The translations under genes were made by a program, and so were the position numbers. Below are positions 11,464 through 22,212 of a stretch of DNA of 64,000 nucleotides, piece after piece (position 1 is the stretch's first letter; every line of letters starts with the position of its first letter). The stretch lies in contig CAXMWX010000012.1 in NCBI GenBank assembly GCA_963422205.2, forward strand, positions 32,001-96,000, given 5' to 3'. This DNA comes from Gammaproteobacteria bacterium. Its GTDB lineage: Bacteria > Pseudomonadota > Gammaproteobacteria > Eutrophobiales > Eutrophobiaceae. The notes beneath the pieces were generated by a model, which saw only the letters and a list, made by a program, of their open reading frames with translations, had not been told where the DNA came from and searched no databases.

Positions 11464-12513
11464 ATGCATAATAGCAGCATAGATTCGGCCACAGCAGCCC
11501 TGACGGCCTACGGTTTGCAGGACAGCACCATCACCCGTCTGGACTCTGGCCTCATCAATCACAGCTTTTTGGTGCAAAGCAACAATCGGGGCGATTTTAT
11601 CCTGCAAGCCGTCAGCCCGATGTTCAGCCCCTTGAGTATGACCGATATTGACCATATCACGGCCTGTCTGGACAGCGCCGGGATACTCACCCCAAGGCTG
11701 ATCCGCACCCGGAAAAACCGGCTGTTTACCCATGCCAACGGGCATCTCTGGCGGCTGTATAACCGCATTCATGGCGAGACCAGACACCGCCTGTCCACCC
11801 CTGATGCGGCACACTCGGCCGGTGTCTTGCTGGCAGATATTCACCAGGCCCTGGCCGGACTGGACTACCGGCCATGTTCTCCCCGGCCGGACGTACACGA
11901 TACCGCCAGGCATATAGACCACCTGCAACAGTGCCTTAAAACACACGCCGACCACCCCGCCTTTGGTGCCGTAGAGCCCCTGGCACAGGAGATTCTGGCG
12001 CACTATCAGCACGTGCCGAGATTGCCTGTTGTGCCGGCCCGGCTGGTGCATGGCGATCCGAAAATATCCAACTTCCTCTATGCGGCAGGGACAGAGACCG
12101 CAATCTGCATGGTCGATTTCGACACCTTCGGTGACATGCCGCTGTGCCTGGAAATCGGCGATGCCCTGCGCTCCTGGGCCAACCCTGAAGGTGAGGACAC
12201 AGCACAGGGCAGGTTCCTGCTCGATACAGCCGTGGCTGCCCTGTCCGGTTACGCCAGCAGGGCAAAGCGCCTCATCCGGCCGGATGAGTGGCGGCCTATC
12301 GCCACGGCAACACAGACTGTTTACATTGAACTGGCCGCCAGGTTCTGTGCCGATGCCTTGACCGAAGATTATTTTGGCTGGGACGAACAATGCTTCCAGA
12401 GCCATTCCGAACATAGCCAGGTACGTGCCAGAGGCCAGTTAAATGCCGCCCTGTCACTGCAAGCACAACGGCATGAACTGCAAACGGCACTGGCGGATGT
12501 GTTTGCAGCATAA
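11464..12513 (+). CDS. Aminoglycoside-phosphotransferase-fold kinase (N-acetylhexosamine 1-kinase-like)
   Basis: GLINHSF, HGDPKISNFL (Brenner motif), VDFDT, DALRSW. Confidence 0.75.
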   Translation: MHNSSIDSATAALTAYGLQDSTITRLDSGLINHSFLVQSNNRGDFILQAVSPMFSPLSMTDIDHITACLDSAGILTPRLIRTRKNRLFTHANGHLWRLYNRIHGETRHRLSTPDAAHSAGVLLADIHQALAGLDYRPCSPRPDVHDTARHIDHLQQCLKTHADHPAFGAVEPLAQEILAHYQHVPRLPVVPARLVHGDPKISNFLYAAGTETAICMVDFDTFGDMPLCLEIGDALRSWANPEGEDTAQGRFLLDTAVAALSGYASRAKRLIRPDEWRPIATATQTVYIELAARFCADALTEDYFGWDEQCFQSHSEHSQVRARGQLNAALSLQAQRHELQTALADVFAA

Positions 12514-12632
12514 CCCCACCCGCTACCATGCGCCCGCATCGCACCCCGGGCCGGGTAAGGCTGTCAGCATAGAGCGATTTGATGATAAGATTGGTCAGCT
12601 CAATGACAAGCGGGAAGAACAGGGGTAAAAAA

Positions 12633-13409
12633 ATGCGCGATACCGTACTGTATGAAACCGATGCGGCCGTTGCCACCATCACCCTCAACCGGCCGGATGC
12701 CTTGAATGCCTTTACCCGGGAGATGCGGCTGGCACTCATTGAGGCCACCGCCAGGGCAAAAGCAGATCCGGCCATCCGTGCGGTGGTACTGACCGGGGCA
12801 GGACGCTGCTTCAGTGCAGGGGCCGATCTGAAGGCCGGGTTTCAAAGCGGGGCTGATGTGCAGCAACACCTCAATACAGAATATGCCCCCAGCCTCATCA
12901 ATATCGCCGAAATGGAGAAGCCGGTGATCAGTGCCATCAGCGGTTTTGCTGCTGGCATCGGCTTATCGTATGCATTGGCGGCAGACCTTGCTGTCATGGG
13001 CGAGAGGGCGTTTCTGCTCTCGCCATTCAGTACCATCGGCCTGGTGCCGGATGGCGGGGCAACCTGGCTGTTGACCCATGGCCTGGGCTACCACCGTGCC
13101 TATGAGATGGCGATTGACAATGAGCGATACACCGCTGCAAAGGCCCTGGAGACGGGGCTGGTTAATCGGGTGGTCGCTGATGATCACGTGCTGTCCACCG
13201 CCCGGGAGTGGGCGCAGGAGTTGAGCCAAAAAGCCCCGCTGGCACTGGGGCGGACAAAGCAACTGATGCGCCAGGCGGCCACAAGCCGCTTTAGCGATAC
13301 CATAGCCAATGAGGCCGCCCTGCAATGTCTGTGTGCTGACAGCAACGATGCCAAAGAAGGCGTAGCGGCGTTTCTTGAGAAGCGTCAGCCGGTATTCAAG
13401 GGAGGGTGA
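12633..13409 (+). CDS. Enoyl-CoA hydratase/isomerase (crotonase) family
   Basis: TITLNRPDALNA, FSAGADL, KPVISAISGFAAG, EGVAAFLEKRQPVF. Confidence 0.9.
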   Translation: MRDTVLYETDAAVATITLNRPDALNAFTREMRLALIEATARAKADPAIRAVVLTGAGRCFSAGADLKAGFQSGADVQQHLNTEYAPSLINIAEMEKPVISAISGFAAGIGLSYALAADLAVMGERAFLLSPFSTIGLVPDGGATWLLTHGLGYHRAYEMAIDNERYTAAKALETGLVNRVVADDHVLSTAREWAQELSQKAPLALGRTKQLMRQAATSRFSDTIANEAALQCLCADSNDAKEGVAAFLEKRQPVFKGG

Positions 13410-14905
13410 GCAAGATAAATATCCGCCCCCAGCCCCAGCGGCAGATCGAACATTATCCACAACAATAATAACGCTGACCAGGCGATCAGCAGGGCGATGC
13501 TGTAGGGGATCATCATGGCGATGATCGTACCGATACCCGCCTCCTTGTCGTATTGCCTGACAAAGGCCACGACAACGCCAAAATACGGCATCAGCGGCGT
13601 GATGATATTGGTGGTACTGTCGCCAATACGGTAGGCCATTTGGGTCGCCTCCGGGGAGATCCCCAGCAGCAAAAACATCGGAATAAAAATGGGCGCAACC
13701 AGGGCCCATTTGGCCGATGCACTGCCGATGAACACATTAATACATGCCGCCATCAGGATAAAAATGATCAGCAGCAGGGCGGAATGCAGTTGCAGATGGG
13801 CGAGCAACTCCGCCCCTCTGATGGCGATAATACTGCCGATATGACTCCAGCTAAAATAACTCACGAACTGGGCAGCGAAAAACATCAACACCAGATAAGC
13901 AGCCATGATCGCCATGTGTTTTTCCATGCCCGCCACAAACTCACCACTGCTTCGATAACTGCCACTGATGCGGCCATAGATAATGCCAGCCACCGCTGCA
14001 TAGGCTGAGATGACCGTGACGATGCCACTGATAAAAGGCGAGCGCAGCACAGAGTGCGTTGCCTGGTCACGCAATATACCGGCTTGAGGCACAAGGCAAA
14101 GCAGCAAGACAATAACCACCACCAGGGTAAACAGCGCAACGGCTAACAAGCCCTTTCGCTCCTGGGGGCTGACCGTCTCTATTTCGGTGCTTTGCTGCCC
14201 ACCGGAGGGGAAACGCCGGCTGGTTATCTTCTCGGTGATCACGGTGGCCACCAGGGTAACGAGCACTGTCGATGCGATAATAAAATAATAATTCCCCGCC
14301 GCACTGACTTCATAGCCGGCCTGTATCAATGCCGCCGCTTCCGTGGACAAGCCCGCCAGCAAGGCATCTAAGGGGCCGATCAGCAAATTGGCACTGAATC
14401 CACCCGACACGCCCGCAAATGCGGCCGCTATCCCGACCACCGGATGACGATTGGCGCTGATAAAAACCAGCGCCGCCAGAGGGATCAACACAACATAGCC
14501 AGTGTCCGCCGCCAGGCTGGATAACACACCGGCCAACACCACCGTCAAGGTGAGCAGTTTTTGCGGTGTTCTGATCACGATGAGGCGCAGCAGGGCCGAG
14601 AGCAGCCCGGCATGTTCGGCCACCCCGATACCCATGATGGCAACCAGCACCGTACCCACGGGCGCAAAGCCGGTGAAGTTTGTCACGGTGTCGGTCAAGA
14701 TGCGATGCAGGCCCGCCACACTGAGCAGATTAACCACCTCTATCTGCTCGCCGGTGATTGGATGCACGGCACTAAATGCCAACACTGAAAACAGCGCCGA
14801 GGCCAACAACACGATGATGCACAACCAGACAAACAACAGGGTCGGATTAGGCAGCCGGTTACCCGTCGTCTCGATAAAATTCAAGATCGTGTGCAGGGAC
14901 ATCAC
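13385..14905 (-). CDS. AbgT family transporter
   Basis: GNRLPNP, GFAPVGTVLV, GVSGGFSAN, SASAKW, YRIGDSTTNIITP. Confidence 0.92.
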   Translation of the reverse strand: MMSLHTILNFIETTGNRLPNPTLLFVWLCIIVLLASALFSVLAFSAVHPITGEQIEVVNLLSVAGLHRILTDTVTNFTGFAPVGTVLVAIMGIGVAEHAGLLSALLRLIVIRTPQKLLTLTVVLAGVLSSLAADTGYVVLIPLAALVFISANRHPVVGIAAAFAGVSGGFSANLLIGPLDALLAGLSTEAAALIQAGYEVSAAGNYYFIIASTVLVTLVATVITEKITSRRFPSGGQQSTEIETVSPQERKGLLAVALFTLVVVIVLLLCLVPQAGILRDQATHSVLRSPFISGIVTVISAYAAVAGIIYGRISGSYRSSGEFVAGMEKHMAIMAAYLVLMFFAAQFVSYFSWSHIGSIIAIRGAELLAHLQLHSALLLIIFILMAACINVFIGSASAKWALVAPIFIPMFLLLGISPEATQMAYRIGDSTTNIITPLMPYFGVVVAFVRQYDKEAGIGTIIAMMIPYSIALLIAWSALLLLWIMFDLPLGLGADIYLAHPPLNTG

Positions 14906-15002
14906 ACGGCGCTGCCGCTCATTTAAGCGGCACAGCAGAAATAATGCGGATGCTCTCGATCATGCCCGATTATATGACCAGGTGCGCCCATAAAAAAATG
15001 GA

Positions 15003-16004
15003 TTATTGCTCGCTATGCGTTAAGTTTCCGCCGGCTGGCAGCAGGTCCTTATCCGATAACAGGCTGGCCTCGGTAATGAATTCAAAGTCATGGATGAGTT
15101 CAAGGTGGGCATAAGGCAAGCTGTCATCAGCATCACCTCGGCTGCCGGATAATAATAATTTTGCCTCTCTGGAATCGGGAAATTTGTTGCGTAACAGCAA
15201 GGTATAACTGGCCAGCAGGTCTTTATCGCCGAGTATACGCTGCAAACGGACGCCTAACCAGAGTGTCTGCGGGGTATGTTTCGCCACATCAAGGTAACGC
15301 TTCAAATACGAGTTGGCCGCAAAATAATTCTGCTTGCCGTATTCAATATCCGCCATGGCATACAAGGCCCTGGCCACGCTGGGATTGATCTTCAAGGCCT
15401 GCTCAAAATAGGCAATGGCATCTCGCTCCCGCCCTTCCATCAACACACAAGAGCCGGCATTGGTCAGCGCCACTTCAGGAGTCCGGTAGAGCGGATCTGC
15501 CGCCGCCAGATTAAACAATTCTTCCGCCTCATCCAGCCGGCCCTGGCTGCACAGGAACTGCCCGTAGTTATTCATCGTGCCGGGGTTGTCTTTATCCAGT
15601 TTGAGCGAATGCTTAAAATTCTCCTCGGCCTGCTGCACCTCGCCCAGCCCCTGATACAACACCCCCAGGGCGTTATAGGCAGGGGCGTAATCCGGCTTGA
15701 CCTCCCTGGCCTTGTTTAATCGTATCCGTGCCGTTTCATAATCGCCCTGGCGAATATACTCAGCCCCCACCAGAAAATTAGCCCTGGCAATCTCCAGCCG
15801 CTTGGGCTCTGCTATCGCCTCCCGCTGATGCCTGTCATCAACGGTCTTGATCAGCGTTGAGCCGACCATGCCCACAGCAGAATACGGCCCGCAGGCCGAC
15901 AAACACAACACCAGCATACCAACACAACACGCGTTAATCAGCTTTAGCATACACACCGGAGCCCTGGCTTCTATCACTGCCTGATTATAGCCGCTTTTCA
16001 GCAT
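15003..16004 (-). CDS. Type IV pilus biogenesis/stability TPR lipoprotein PilW/PilF-like
   Basis: Lipobox LSAC, NNYGQFLC, DPLYRTP, NAGSC, LWLGVR, FPDSREA; start may be 15950. Confidence 0.75.
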   Translation of the reverse strand: MLKSGYNQAVIEARAPVCMLKLINACCVGMLVLCLSACGPYSAVGMVGSTLIKTVDDRHQREAIAEPKRLEIARANFLVGAEYIRQGDYETARIRLNKAREVKPDYAPAYNALGVLYQGLGEVQQAEENFKHSLKLDKDNPGTMNNYGQFLCSQGRLDEAEELFNLAAADPLYRTPEVALTNAGSCVLMEGRERDAIAYFEQALKINPSVARALYAMADIEYGKQNYFAANSYLKRYLDVAKHTPQTLWLGVRLQRILGDKDLLASYTLLLRNKFPDSREAKLLLSGSRGDADDSLPYAHLELIHDFEFITEASLLSDKDLLPAGGNLTHSEQ

Positions 16005-16143
16005 GTTAGCCGCATTTTATCCTGCCGTATTGACCCGTGATGCTGGCCGCCACCCATCTCCACTGATTATCTGCACCTGCCAACCCCGGCACGAAACAAG
16101 CCATCCGATGATCCGAATGCCTCTCACCTGCTGGCTGTGCCGC

Positions 16144-17787
16144 CTAACGGCAGAGGGCTTTCCGGTTCTGTGGCAGCATAATATATTGCCAGGGCGATGG
16201 CATCGCCTGCTGTACCGGCACCTCAATCAACACCGGCCCGCCGGTGGCGAACGCCCTCTCCAGTACCATCCTCAATTCATCGGGACTGCCCGCCCGCATC
16301 CCGGTGGCACCGAACACCTCGGCCAGCCTGACGAAATCGGGATTATGCAGATCCGAGCAGATACGACGGCCACCGAACCACTCATCCTGCTGCCGTTGCA
16401 CATTGCCGTATTTATTGTCGTTGAATATGACCGTGACAACAGGAATCCGGTACTGCACCGCCGTGCTGAGTTCCTGCACAGTGAACATAAAGCCGCCATC
16501 ACCGCTGATCTGCACGACCTGCCTGCCCGGATTGGCAACGGCAACGCCCAGGGCGGTGGCAAACCCGTAACCCAGGGTGCCCATCTCGCCGCATGTCACA
16601 TGCTGGTATGGCGCATAGACGGGAAAGCCGAACCAGGACGCAAACCCCACCTGCGTGATCTCATCAACGAACAAGCCATCACGGGGCAGCACATCCCGGA
16701 TCGCATCCAGGTAGGCCATCTGCGGCGCCAGCCGCTCACGCACCTCGCTGGCAAAGGCCGCCTTGAGTGCGCCCAACTCCTCGGCCCGTGAAGGGCGTGG
16801 CTTATTGTGCTTGCCGAGGGCGGCATATATGTCCTGGATGACCCGCCTGGCATCGCCGACAATCCCGATCTCAGGCACGCAAATACGCGTGATCTCAACC
16901 GGATCAGCATCAACCCGTATGAGCTGCAAGTCTGCATCTTTCCCCCAGGCCGTCAGACACTCGCGCAAACGTGTGCCAATGGCCAGCACGACATCCGCCT
17001 GTCCCCACAAGCGATGCCCCAGGGGGGCATTCATGGCAAGGTAATGTTCAGCGCTGATCACGCCTTTGCCGTTGCGCTTGGCCACCACGGGTGCCTGCAG
17101 GGCATCTGCCAGTGCCAGCAATTCATCACTGCAATGATTCGCCCCGCCACCGATGACGATCACGGGCTGCCTGGCCTGGCCCAGCAATTTTGCCGCGGCC
17201 TCAACTCTCTCGCTGTCAATAGCGGCCTGTTCATAGGTGACAACCGGCGCCAGCAGTTCAACATCTGCGGTCTGTCCCATCTGATCCATCGCCATCTCAA
17301 CCACCACCGGACGCGGGCGAGCGGTTCGCAGCTGTCTGAATGCCTCACGGATGACCGCTGGCGTCTCTGCTGGTGCGTCAATACGCTGCGACCACTTGGT
17401 GACATGGCTGATCATACCCAGTTGATCATCGATCTCATGCAGCTCGCCATACCCCCTGCCGATGGCCAGCGATGGGATCTGGCCAGCGATACACAGCAGC
17501 GGCGTGTTATTCCCCCAGGCCGTGCCGAGGGCAGCGCTGGCGTTCAACAGACCCGGGCCAGGCACCACGCTGCACACCCCAACCCTGCCGGTAGACTTGG
17601 CATAACCAAAGGCCATGTAGGCCACCCCCTGCTCATGGCGTGAATGAATCACCTGCAAGTCATCACCCGCCCGATACATGGCATCAAACAGGTGATCCAA
17701 CTGGCCGCCAGGCAGGGCGAACAGCGTGTTCACTTCATATTGCCGCAGCGATTCGATGATCGCCTCCGCCCCGGTCATTCGTCTCAT
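16144..17787 (-). CDS. Thiamine-diphosphate-dependent enzyme (AHAS-like family, not a canonical IlvB)
   Basis: RHEQG catalytic Glu, PGPG, GDGGFMF...FND ThDP-binding motif, NPDFV. Confidence 0.88.
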   Translation of the reverse strand: MRRMTGAEAIIESLRQYEVNTLFALPGGQLDHLFDAMYRAGDDLQVIHSRHEQGVAYMAFGYAKSTGRVGVCSVVPGPGLLNASAALGTAWGNNTPLLCIAGQIPSLAIGRGYGELHEIDDQLGMISHVTKWSQRIDAPAETPAVIREAFRQLRTARPRPVVVEMAMDQMGQTADVELLAPVVTYEQAAIDSERVEAAAKLLGQARQPVIVIGGGANHCSDELLALADALQAPVVAKRNGKGVISAEHYLAMNAPLGHRLWGQADVVLAIGTRLRECLTAWGKDADLQLIRVDADPVEITRICVPEIGIVGDARRVIQDIYAALGKHNKPRPSRAEELGALKAAFASEVRERLAPQMAYLDAIRDVLPRDGLFVDEITQVGFASWFGFPVYAPYQHVTCGEMGTLGYGFATALGVAVANPGRQVVQISGDGGFMFTVQELSTAVQYRIPVVTVIFNDNKYGNVQRQQDEWFGGRRICSDLHNPDFVRLAEVFGATGMRAGSPDELRMVLERAFATGGPVLIEVPVQQAMPSPWQYIMLPQNRKALCR

Positions 17788-17798
17788 TAATCCTGTCC

Positions 17799-18068
17799 TT
17801 AAAGTGTGTGTGGCTGTTGTTGTTTTGCTGCTTTTCGGCGGCGATAGCGGATGAGAAAAAAGGGAAAGGCGATGATATAAAGCCAGAGCATCGGCGTTGC
17901 CATAGCGCTTTTGAGACCAGCGAGCATATCGTTCGGACTGATATAGACCCGGGTCTGCATACGCTGCTCCGGCGCACTGTGGACGATCAGGTGATCTTTC
18001 TTGTACTCAATGGCGCCGAATTGAAAATCCACATCGGCCAGTTTACTTTTTACCTTCATTATCTCCAC
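17799..18068 (-). CDS. Small hypothetical protein with C-terminal TM helix and basic tail
   Basis: 89 aa, tightly packed between amidase and ThDP genes (5 and 11 bp gaps). Confidence 0.65.
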   Translation of the reverse strand: MEIMKVKSKLADVDFQFGAIEYKKDHLIVHSAPEQRMQTRVYISPNDMLAGLKSAMATPMLWLYIIAFPFFLIRYRRRKAAKQQQPHTL

Positions 18069-18073
18069 CTGTC

Positions 18074-19234
18074 TCAGCTTTTTTTTAACCTGCCGGTGTC
18101 CTGGGCATACTGAATACGCTGTGCTAACAATTCAGAGACATCTTCCGGCGCCATGCCCGCCGGCGGGGTAAACTGCCCGCGGCCATAAAGATCGTCAAAC
18201 ACCGCTTTGCAGATAGCGACCTTCTCCGACAAGCTGCGCGGCGACTTGCCGGAGGGGAAGCGATTCGGCGGGTAGATGGATTGTTCATAAATCTGCCGGA
18301 AGCCCTCGGTGCGGACATCCACCCAGCAATTATGCGCGGTGCGTGTGCGGTATTGCCGCAAGGCTTCAATATCGACAGTGACCGCCAGCACCTGCTCTTC
18401 GGGGTAAGGGGCATGCCGTAACACCATGCCGGTATAATCAATGGCGAAGGAATGACCGGGGCAAAAAGCGCGCGGGTAATAGGCATAATCCACCTTACCC
18501 CAGTTCGATCCCAGCAGATAACACATATTGTCATGGGCGCGGGTACGGCGGGTGAACATCCAGAAATCCCACGGCTCTGAGACCCCCTCCACTTCCTGGA
18601 TAGCGCCCGGGTGACAGATAACTTCCACGCCGTTATAGCCTAAGGCGCGTGAGACTTCCGGTGTGCAGCCATCATGGCAGGTCATGGTACCCAGCTTGCC
18701 GATAGGCGTATCGATCACGGGAAACAGGGTCTTGATATCGCCGCCAATCTTGTCGCAGTATTCATCATAGATATCGTGCGGACTGGTGCCTAAACCGATA
18801 TAGGCCGGAATATGCCATTTATGGTATTTCAGCGCTATCTCACCCTCAGGGCCGATAATAAAATTGCAATTAAACCAGCGATCAGGAAATTCAGGCAGCT
18901 CCTCAACGACACCGCCAGCGACAATATATAACCCATATTGCCTGGCGAGTTCGCCCAGTTGATCCGACTCCGGGCCGGGAATGGTCACCACCTTCTTCAT
19001 CTGATCTTCAATGCGGCTCTCACCCTTGCCCGGCGTACCCACGCCCTGCATGAAATATTCGGGTAACACCACCAGCCGCACCGGCACTTCCCAAAAATAC
19101 CCCACACCGAAATGGATCATATTGCACACCCGATCCAGGTTCTTGTTAATGTCCCGGCGCTCCTCCACCACGGTCACTTCAGGCTGCACGATTAATGCAG
19201 TGTAGGGATCGATACGCGCTGCTTTTGCTGCCAT
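18074..19234 (-). CDS. Carbon-nitrogen hydrolase (nitrilase superfamily, formamidase/amidase-like)
   Basis: Triad LPEY (Glu), YHKWH (Lys), TCHDG (Cys); CHDG resembles the AmiF formamidase motif. Confidence 0.85.
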   Translation of the reverse strand: MAAKAARIDPYTALIVQPEVTVVEERRDINKNLDRVCNMIHFGVGYFWEVPVRLVVLPEYFMQGVGTPGKGESRIEDQMKKVVTIPGPESDQLGELARQYGLYIVAGGVVEELPEFPDRWFNCNFIIGPEGEIALKYHKWHIPAYIGLGTSPHDIYDEYCDKIGGDIKTLFPVIDTPIGKLGTMTCHDGCTPEVSRALGYNGVEVICHPGAIQEVEGVSEPWDFWMFTRRTRAHDNMCYLLGSNWGKVDYAYYPRAFCPGHSFAIDYTGMVLRHAPYPEEQVLAVTVDIEALRQYRTRTAHNCWVDVRTEGFRQIYEQSIYPPNRFPSGKSPRSLSEKVAICKAVFDDLYGRGQFTPPAGMAPEDVSELLAQRIQYAQDTGRLKKS

Positions 19235-19256
19235 CGTCTACTCCTTAAAACCTCAC

Positions 19257-20840
19257 TTAAAAATCGAACTCATCCTCATCACTTTTGATACCCAAGTCTT
19301 TGAGGATCTCATTGGCGGCGATCGTCCCCATGCCACAGATCCCGCCGCCCGGATGACAAGAAGGCCCGGTCATGTAGAACTTATCCAGCGGGCCCCGGTA
19401 GTTGGCATAATTGGGAAACGGCCTGAAGGCGCCCATCTGCGCCAGCGTCCGTTCACCGCCAGTGGTCGAACCCCGATAAAAACACCGGTTGGCCTGCGCC
19501 AGGCTGGGGCCGGTTTCCACATACTCGGCCAGGATATTATCATCACTCATATTGGACGTGTAATGGCGTAACTGCCTCAGCAGGGTATCCCGCACATAGG
19601 CCGGGCCAATGGCCTGCCAGTCCTCGCCGCTAGCCAGATCGATCGGCACGAAGGTATCCATGATCAAGGTGTGTTTGCCCGCCGGCGCACGGATGGGATC
19701 CATGGTGGTCCAGGCCGCTGTCCATAAAAACGGATCCGTGGGCGCAAGCCCCATTGCGATTTCCCGGTATTGCTTGTCGATATCAGCGACCGTGCCGAAG
19801 ATACGCTGAAAGGCTGTCCTGTCCATGTCCGGGCCATTGTTAAACCTCGGCGCTTCATCCAACGCATAATGCACTCGCACGATAGTCACCTCGCCAAAGC
19901 TGAAATGACGCACCTGTTGCACAAAATCGGCCGGCAACACGCCCTCATCAAAGCCGTGCAAGTATGTCTGGTACGGATCCAGCGCCGATACCACGCCCTT
20001 ATCTGCGGTCAGTTCAGTGCCGTCCTCAAGCCGAAGGCCGATGCAGCGATTGCGCTCGACCATGAACCTGGCCACCGTGGCACAGGTCATCACCGTACCG
20101 CCCTCCGCCTCAATGTAACGCTGCATGGCCACGGCCAGCATGCCGCTGCCGCCCTCGGGGATAGCCTGGCCGTAATAGTGAATGCTGGGGATCATCACAT
20201 AAAAACCGGCCGCCGTGCCGAGTTGATCCGGCAGGGTCTGTGGCGCCATCGCCCACCCCAGAATGAACGCCCGCACATGATCATGCTGAAAATTCTCCAG
20301 CGTAAACTGGCGCGAACTTAACTGATAATCACGCAGGCGATGCAGGCCGGCGGGGTTATTTTCCATGGCCTGATACAGATAGCTGGGCGGTGCGGGCGGG
20401 GCAAACATGCCTTTGATCACGCCTTCCTTAATCTCGCCGAATTCCTCGTAGATTTCGCGATAGCGCCTGGCATCGGCCTTACTGTACTCGGCGATCGTAT
20501 CGCAGGTCTTGTCCACGTCTTTGTAGACGATGATGCCCTGGCCCTCGTATTTATTCGGATGGCCGGTGATATGATCGGTCGACCAGATATACTTCAAGCC
20601 GTGTTTTTCAAATGCCGGCCGCAGCCGGACAAAATCCGGATTTAGGTGAATCCAGACATGCGATGAGCCGAACATATCGTGCTTGAAGCCCGGCAAGGTC
20701 ACTTCCCGCGTCACCACGCCGCCGCCCACCCAGGCATTGCGCTCCACGACCAGCACCTTGAGATCGTGTTCTGCCAGCACCGAGGCCGCAATCAGTGCGT
20801 TATGTCCGCCGCCAGCGATAATGATGTCATAATCTGCCAT
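19257..20840 (-). CDS. Phytoene desaturase-family FAD-dependent oxidoreductase (PYROXD2-like)
   Basis: GGGHNAL, VTLPGFKHD, PEGGSG, C-terminal CHPGGG. Confidence 0.85.
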   Translation of the reverse strand: MADYDIIIAGGGHNALIAASVLAEHDLKVLVVERNAWVGGGVVTREVTLPGFKHDMFGSSHVWIHLNPDFVRLRPAFEKHGLKYIWSTDHITGHPNKYEGQGIIVYKDVDKTCDTIAEYSKADARRYREIYEEFGEIKEGVIKGMFAPPAPPSYLYQAMENNPAGLHRLRDYQLSSRQFTLENFQHDHVRAFILGWAMAPQTLPDQLGTAAGFYVMIPSIHYYGQAIPEGGSGMLAVAMQRYIEAEGGTVMTCATVARFMVERNRCIGLRLEDGTELTADKGVVSALDPYQTYLHGFDEGVLPADFVQQVRHFSFGEVTIVRVHYALDEAPRFNNGPDMDRTAFQRIFGTVADIDKQYREIAMGLAPTDPFLWTAAWTTMDPIRAPAGKHTLIMDTFVPIDLASGEDWQAIGPAYVRDTLLRQLRHYTSNMSDDNILAEYVETGPSLAQANRCFYRGSTTGGERTLAQMGAFRPFPNYANYRGPLDKFYMTGPSCHPGGGICGMGTIAANEILKDLGIKSDEDEFDF

Positions 20841-20875
20841 GGTCTTGAGGTCTCCTTAAATAACGATCCAGCCAG

Positions 20876-22084
20876 TCACCAATGCCAGATACTGCCATCT
20901 TCCAACCGGTTGACGGGCAGGTAAGCACGCTGATAAGGAAATTTTGCCGCCAGCTTCTCATCGATATCAACACCATGACCGGGCGCCTCCCCGGGGTAGA
21001 GATAACCATCAGCAAAATGGTAGGCATGGGGGAAGACCGCCTCCGTCTGTTCGGTATGACGCATGTATTCCTGAATGCCAAAATTCGGCACCCAGGTATC
21101 GAAATGCAGCGCCGCCCCCATGCACACCGGCGACAGATCGGTAGCGCCATGGCAACCGGTACGTACCTGATACAACGCGGCCAAATCAGCGATCCGGCGC
21201 AGCTGGCTGATCCCGCCCGCATGTGCCACCGTGGTGCGGATATAATCGATCAGCTGCTCCTCAATGAGCTGCTTGCAATCCCATATCGTATTGAACACCT
21301 CGCCAGTGGCAAGTGCCGTGGTGGTGTGCTGACGCAGCAGACGAAAGGCCGCCTGATTCTCCGCCGGCACGGCATCCTCCAGCCAGAACAGGCGATACTC
21401 CTCCAGCGACTTACCAAGGTACGCCGCCTCGATGGGCGTGAGACGATGATGCACATCATGCAGCAAGTGTGGCGCAAAGCCAAAGGTCTCGCGCAGCTTC
21501 TCAAACAACTGTGGCAGATGATCAAGGTATTTTTCACTCGACCAGCGAACTTCGGGGGGTAAACCCGCCTCGGCTGGCTCATAAAACAGCTTGTCCCTGG
21601 CGACACCGTAGGTTGACTGCAAGCCCGGCACGCCAGTTTGCGCCCGCACGGCTTTGTAACCCATCTCCAGATAGCGGGCCACCTCATCCACCGTGGCGGC
21701 GATGTCAGGGCCGTTGGCATGACCATAGACCAACACACCATCACGGCTGCGCCCCCCCAGCAACTGATACAGGGGCAGCCCGGCCTGCTTGGCCTTGATA
21801 TCCCACAGGGCGGTATCGACTGCCCCAATCGCCGTCATGGTCACCGGGCCACGCCGCCAGTAGCCGCCCCGATACAGGTAGTGCCAGATGTCCTCAATCT
21901 GCTGTGCATCCCGCCCCAGCAGGCACGGGATCACATGCTCCTCAAGATACGCCACCACGGCCAATTCACGGCCATTGAGCGTAGCATCGCCGATGCCGTA
22001 GATGCCCTGATCGGTCGCTATCTTCAAGGTGACGAAGTTTCGCCCCGGGCAGGTGACAATCACATTGGCAGCGGTAATCCTCAT
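20876..22084 (-). CDS. manD: D-mannonate dehydratase, enolase superfamily (ManD/RspA)
   Basis: [58 protein letters not shown]. Confidence 0.93.
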   Translation of the reverse strand: MRITAANVIVTCPGRNFVTLKIATDQGIYGIGDATLNGRELAVVAYLEEHVIPCLLGRDAQQIEDIWHYLYRGGYWRRGPVTMTAIGAVDTALWDIKAKQAGLPLYQLLGGRSRDGVLVYGHANGPDIAATVDEVARYLEMGYKAVRAQTGVPGLQSTYGVARDKLFYEPAEAGLPPEVRWSSEKYLDHLPQLFEKLRETFGFAPHLLHDVHHRLTPIEAAYLGKSLEEYRLFWLEDAVPAENQAAFRLLRQHTTTALATGEVFNTIWDCKQLIEEQLIDYIRTTVAHAGGISQLRRIADLAALYQVRTGCHGATDLSPVCMGAALHFDTWVPNFGIQEYMRHTEQTEAVFPHAYHFADGYLYPGEAPGHGVDIDEKLAAKFPYQRAYLPVNRLEDGSIWHW

Positions 22085-22212
22085 CTCTACCTTTATATAA
22101 GCCATTGAATGACAAGCGTTTTCAATTTTATGCCAGCAATCAGTTCAGGCATAAACCATATCCTGCCAGATAGCGATATGTCAAAATAAAACACCCCCCC
22201 TAACTGCCCGAT

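Noticed and set aside
11443-12414. Long antisense ORFs (this 323-aa ORF, also 44286-45191, 60268-61353 and 16003-17643)
   Set aside because: They shadow well-supported genes on the opposite strand and have no recognisable motifs, as expected in GC-rich coding DNA.
16144-17787. ThDP enzyme as biosynthetic acetolactate synthase ilvB/ilvI
   Set aside because: No small subunit or ilvC is adjacent, the context is catabolic and the motifs are divergent.
19257-20840. Carotenoid biosynthesis (crtI)
   Set aside because: No crtB/crtE nearby; the GGGHN and HPGGG motifs fit the broader non-CrtI family.
22110-22124. LacI-like site TGACAAGCGTTTTCA upstream of manD
   Set aside because: Imperfect single copy and no LacI gene in the window; plausible but unsupported.
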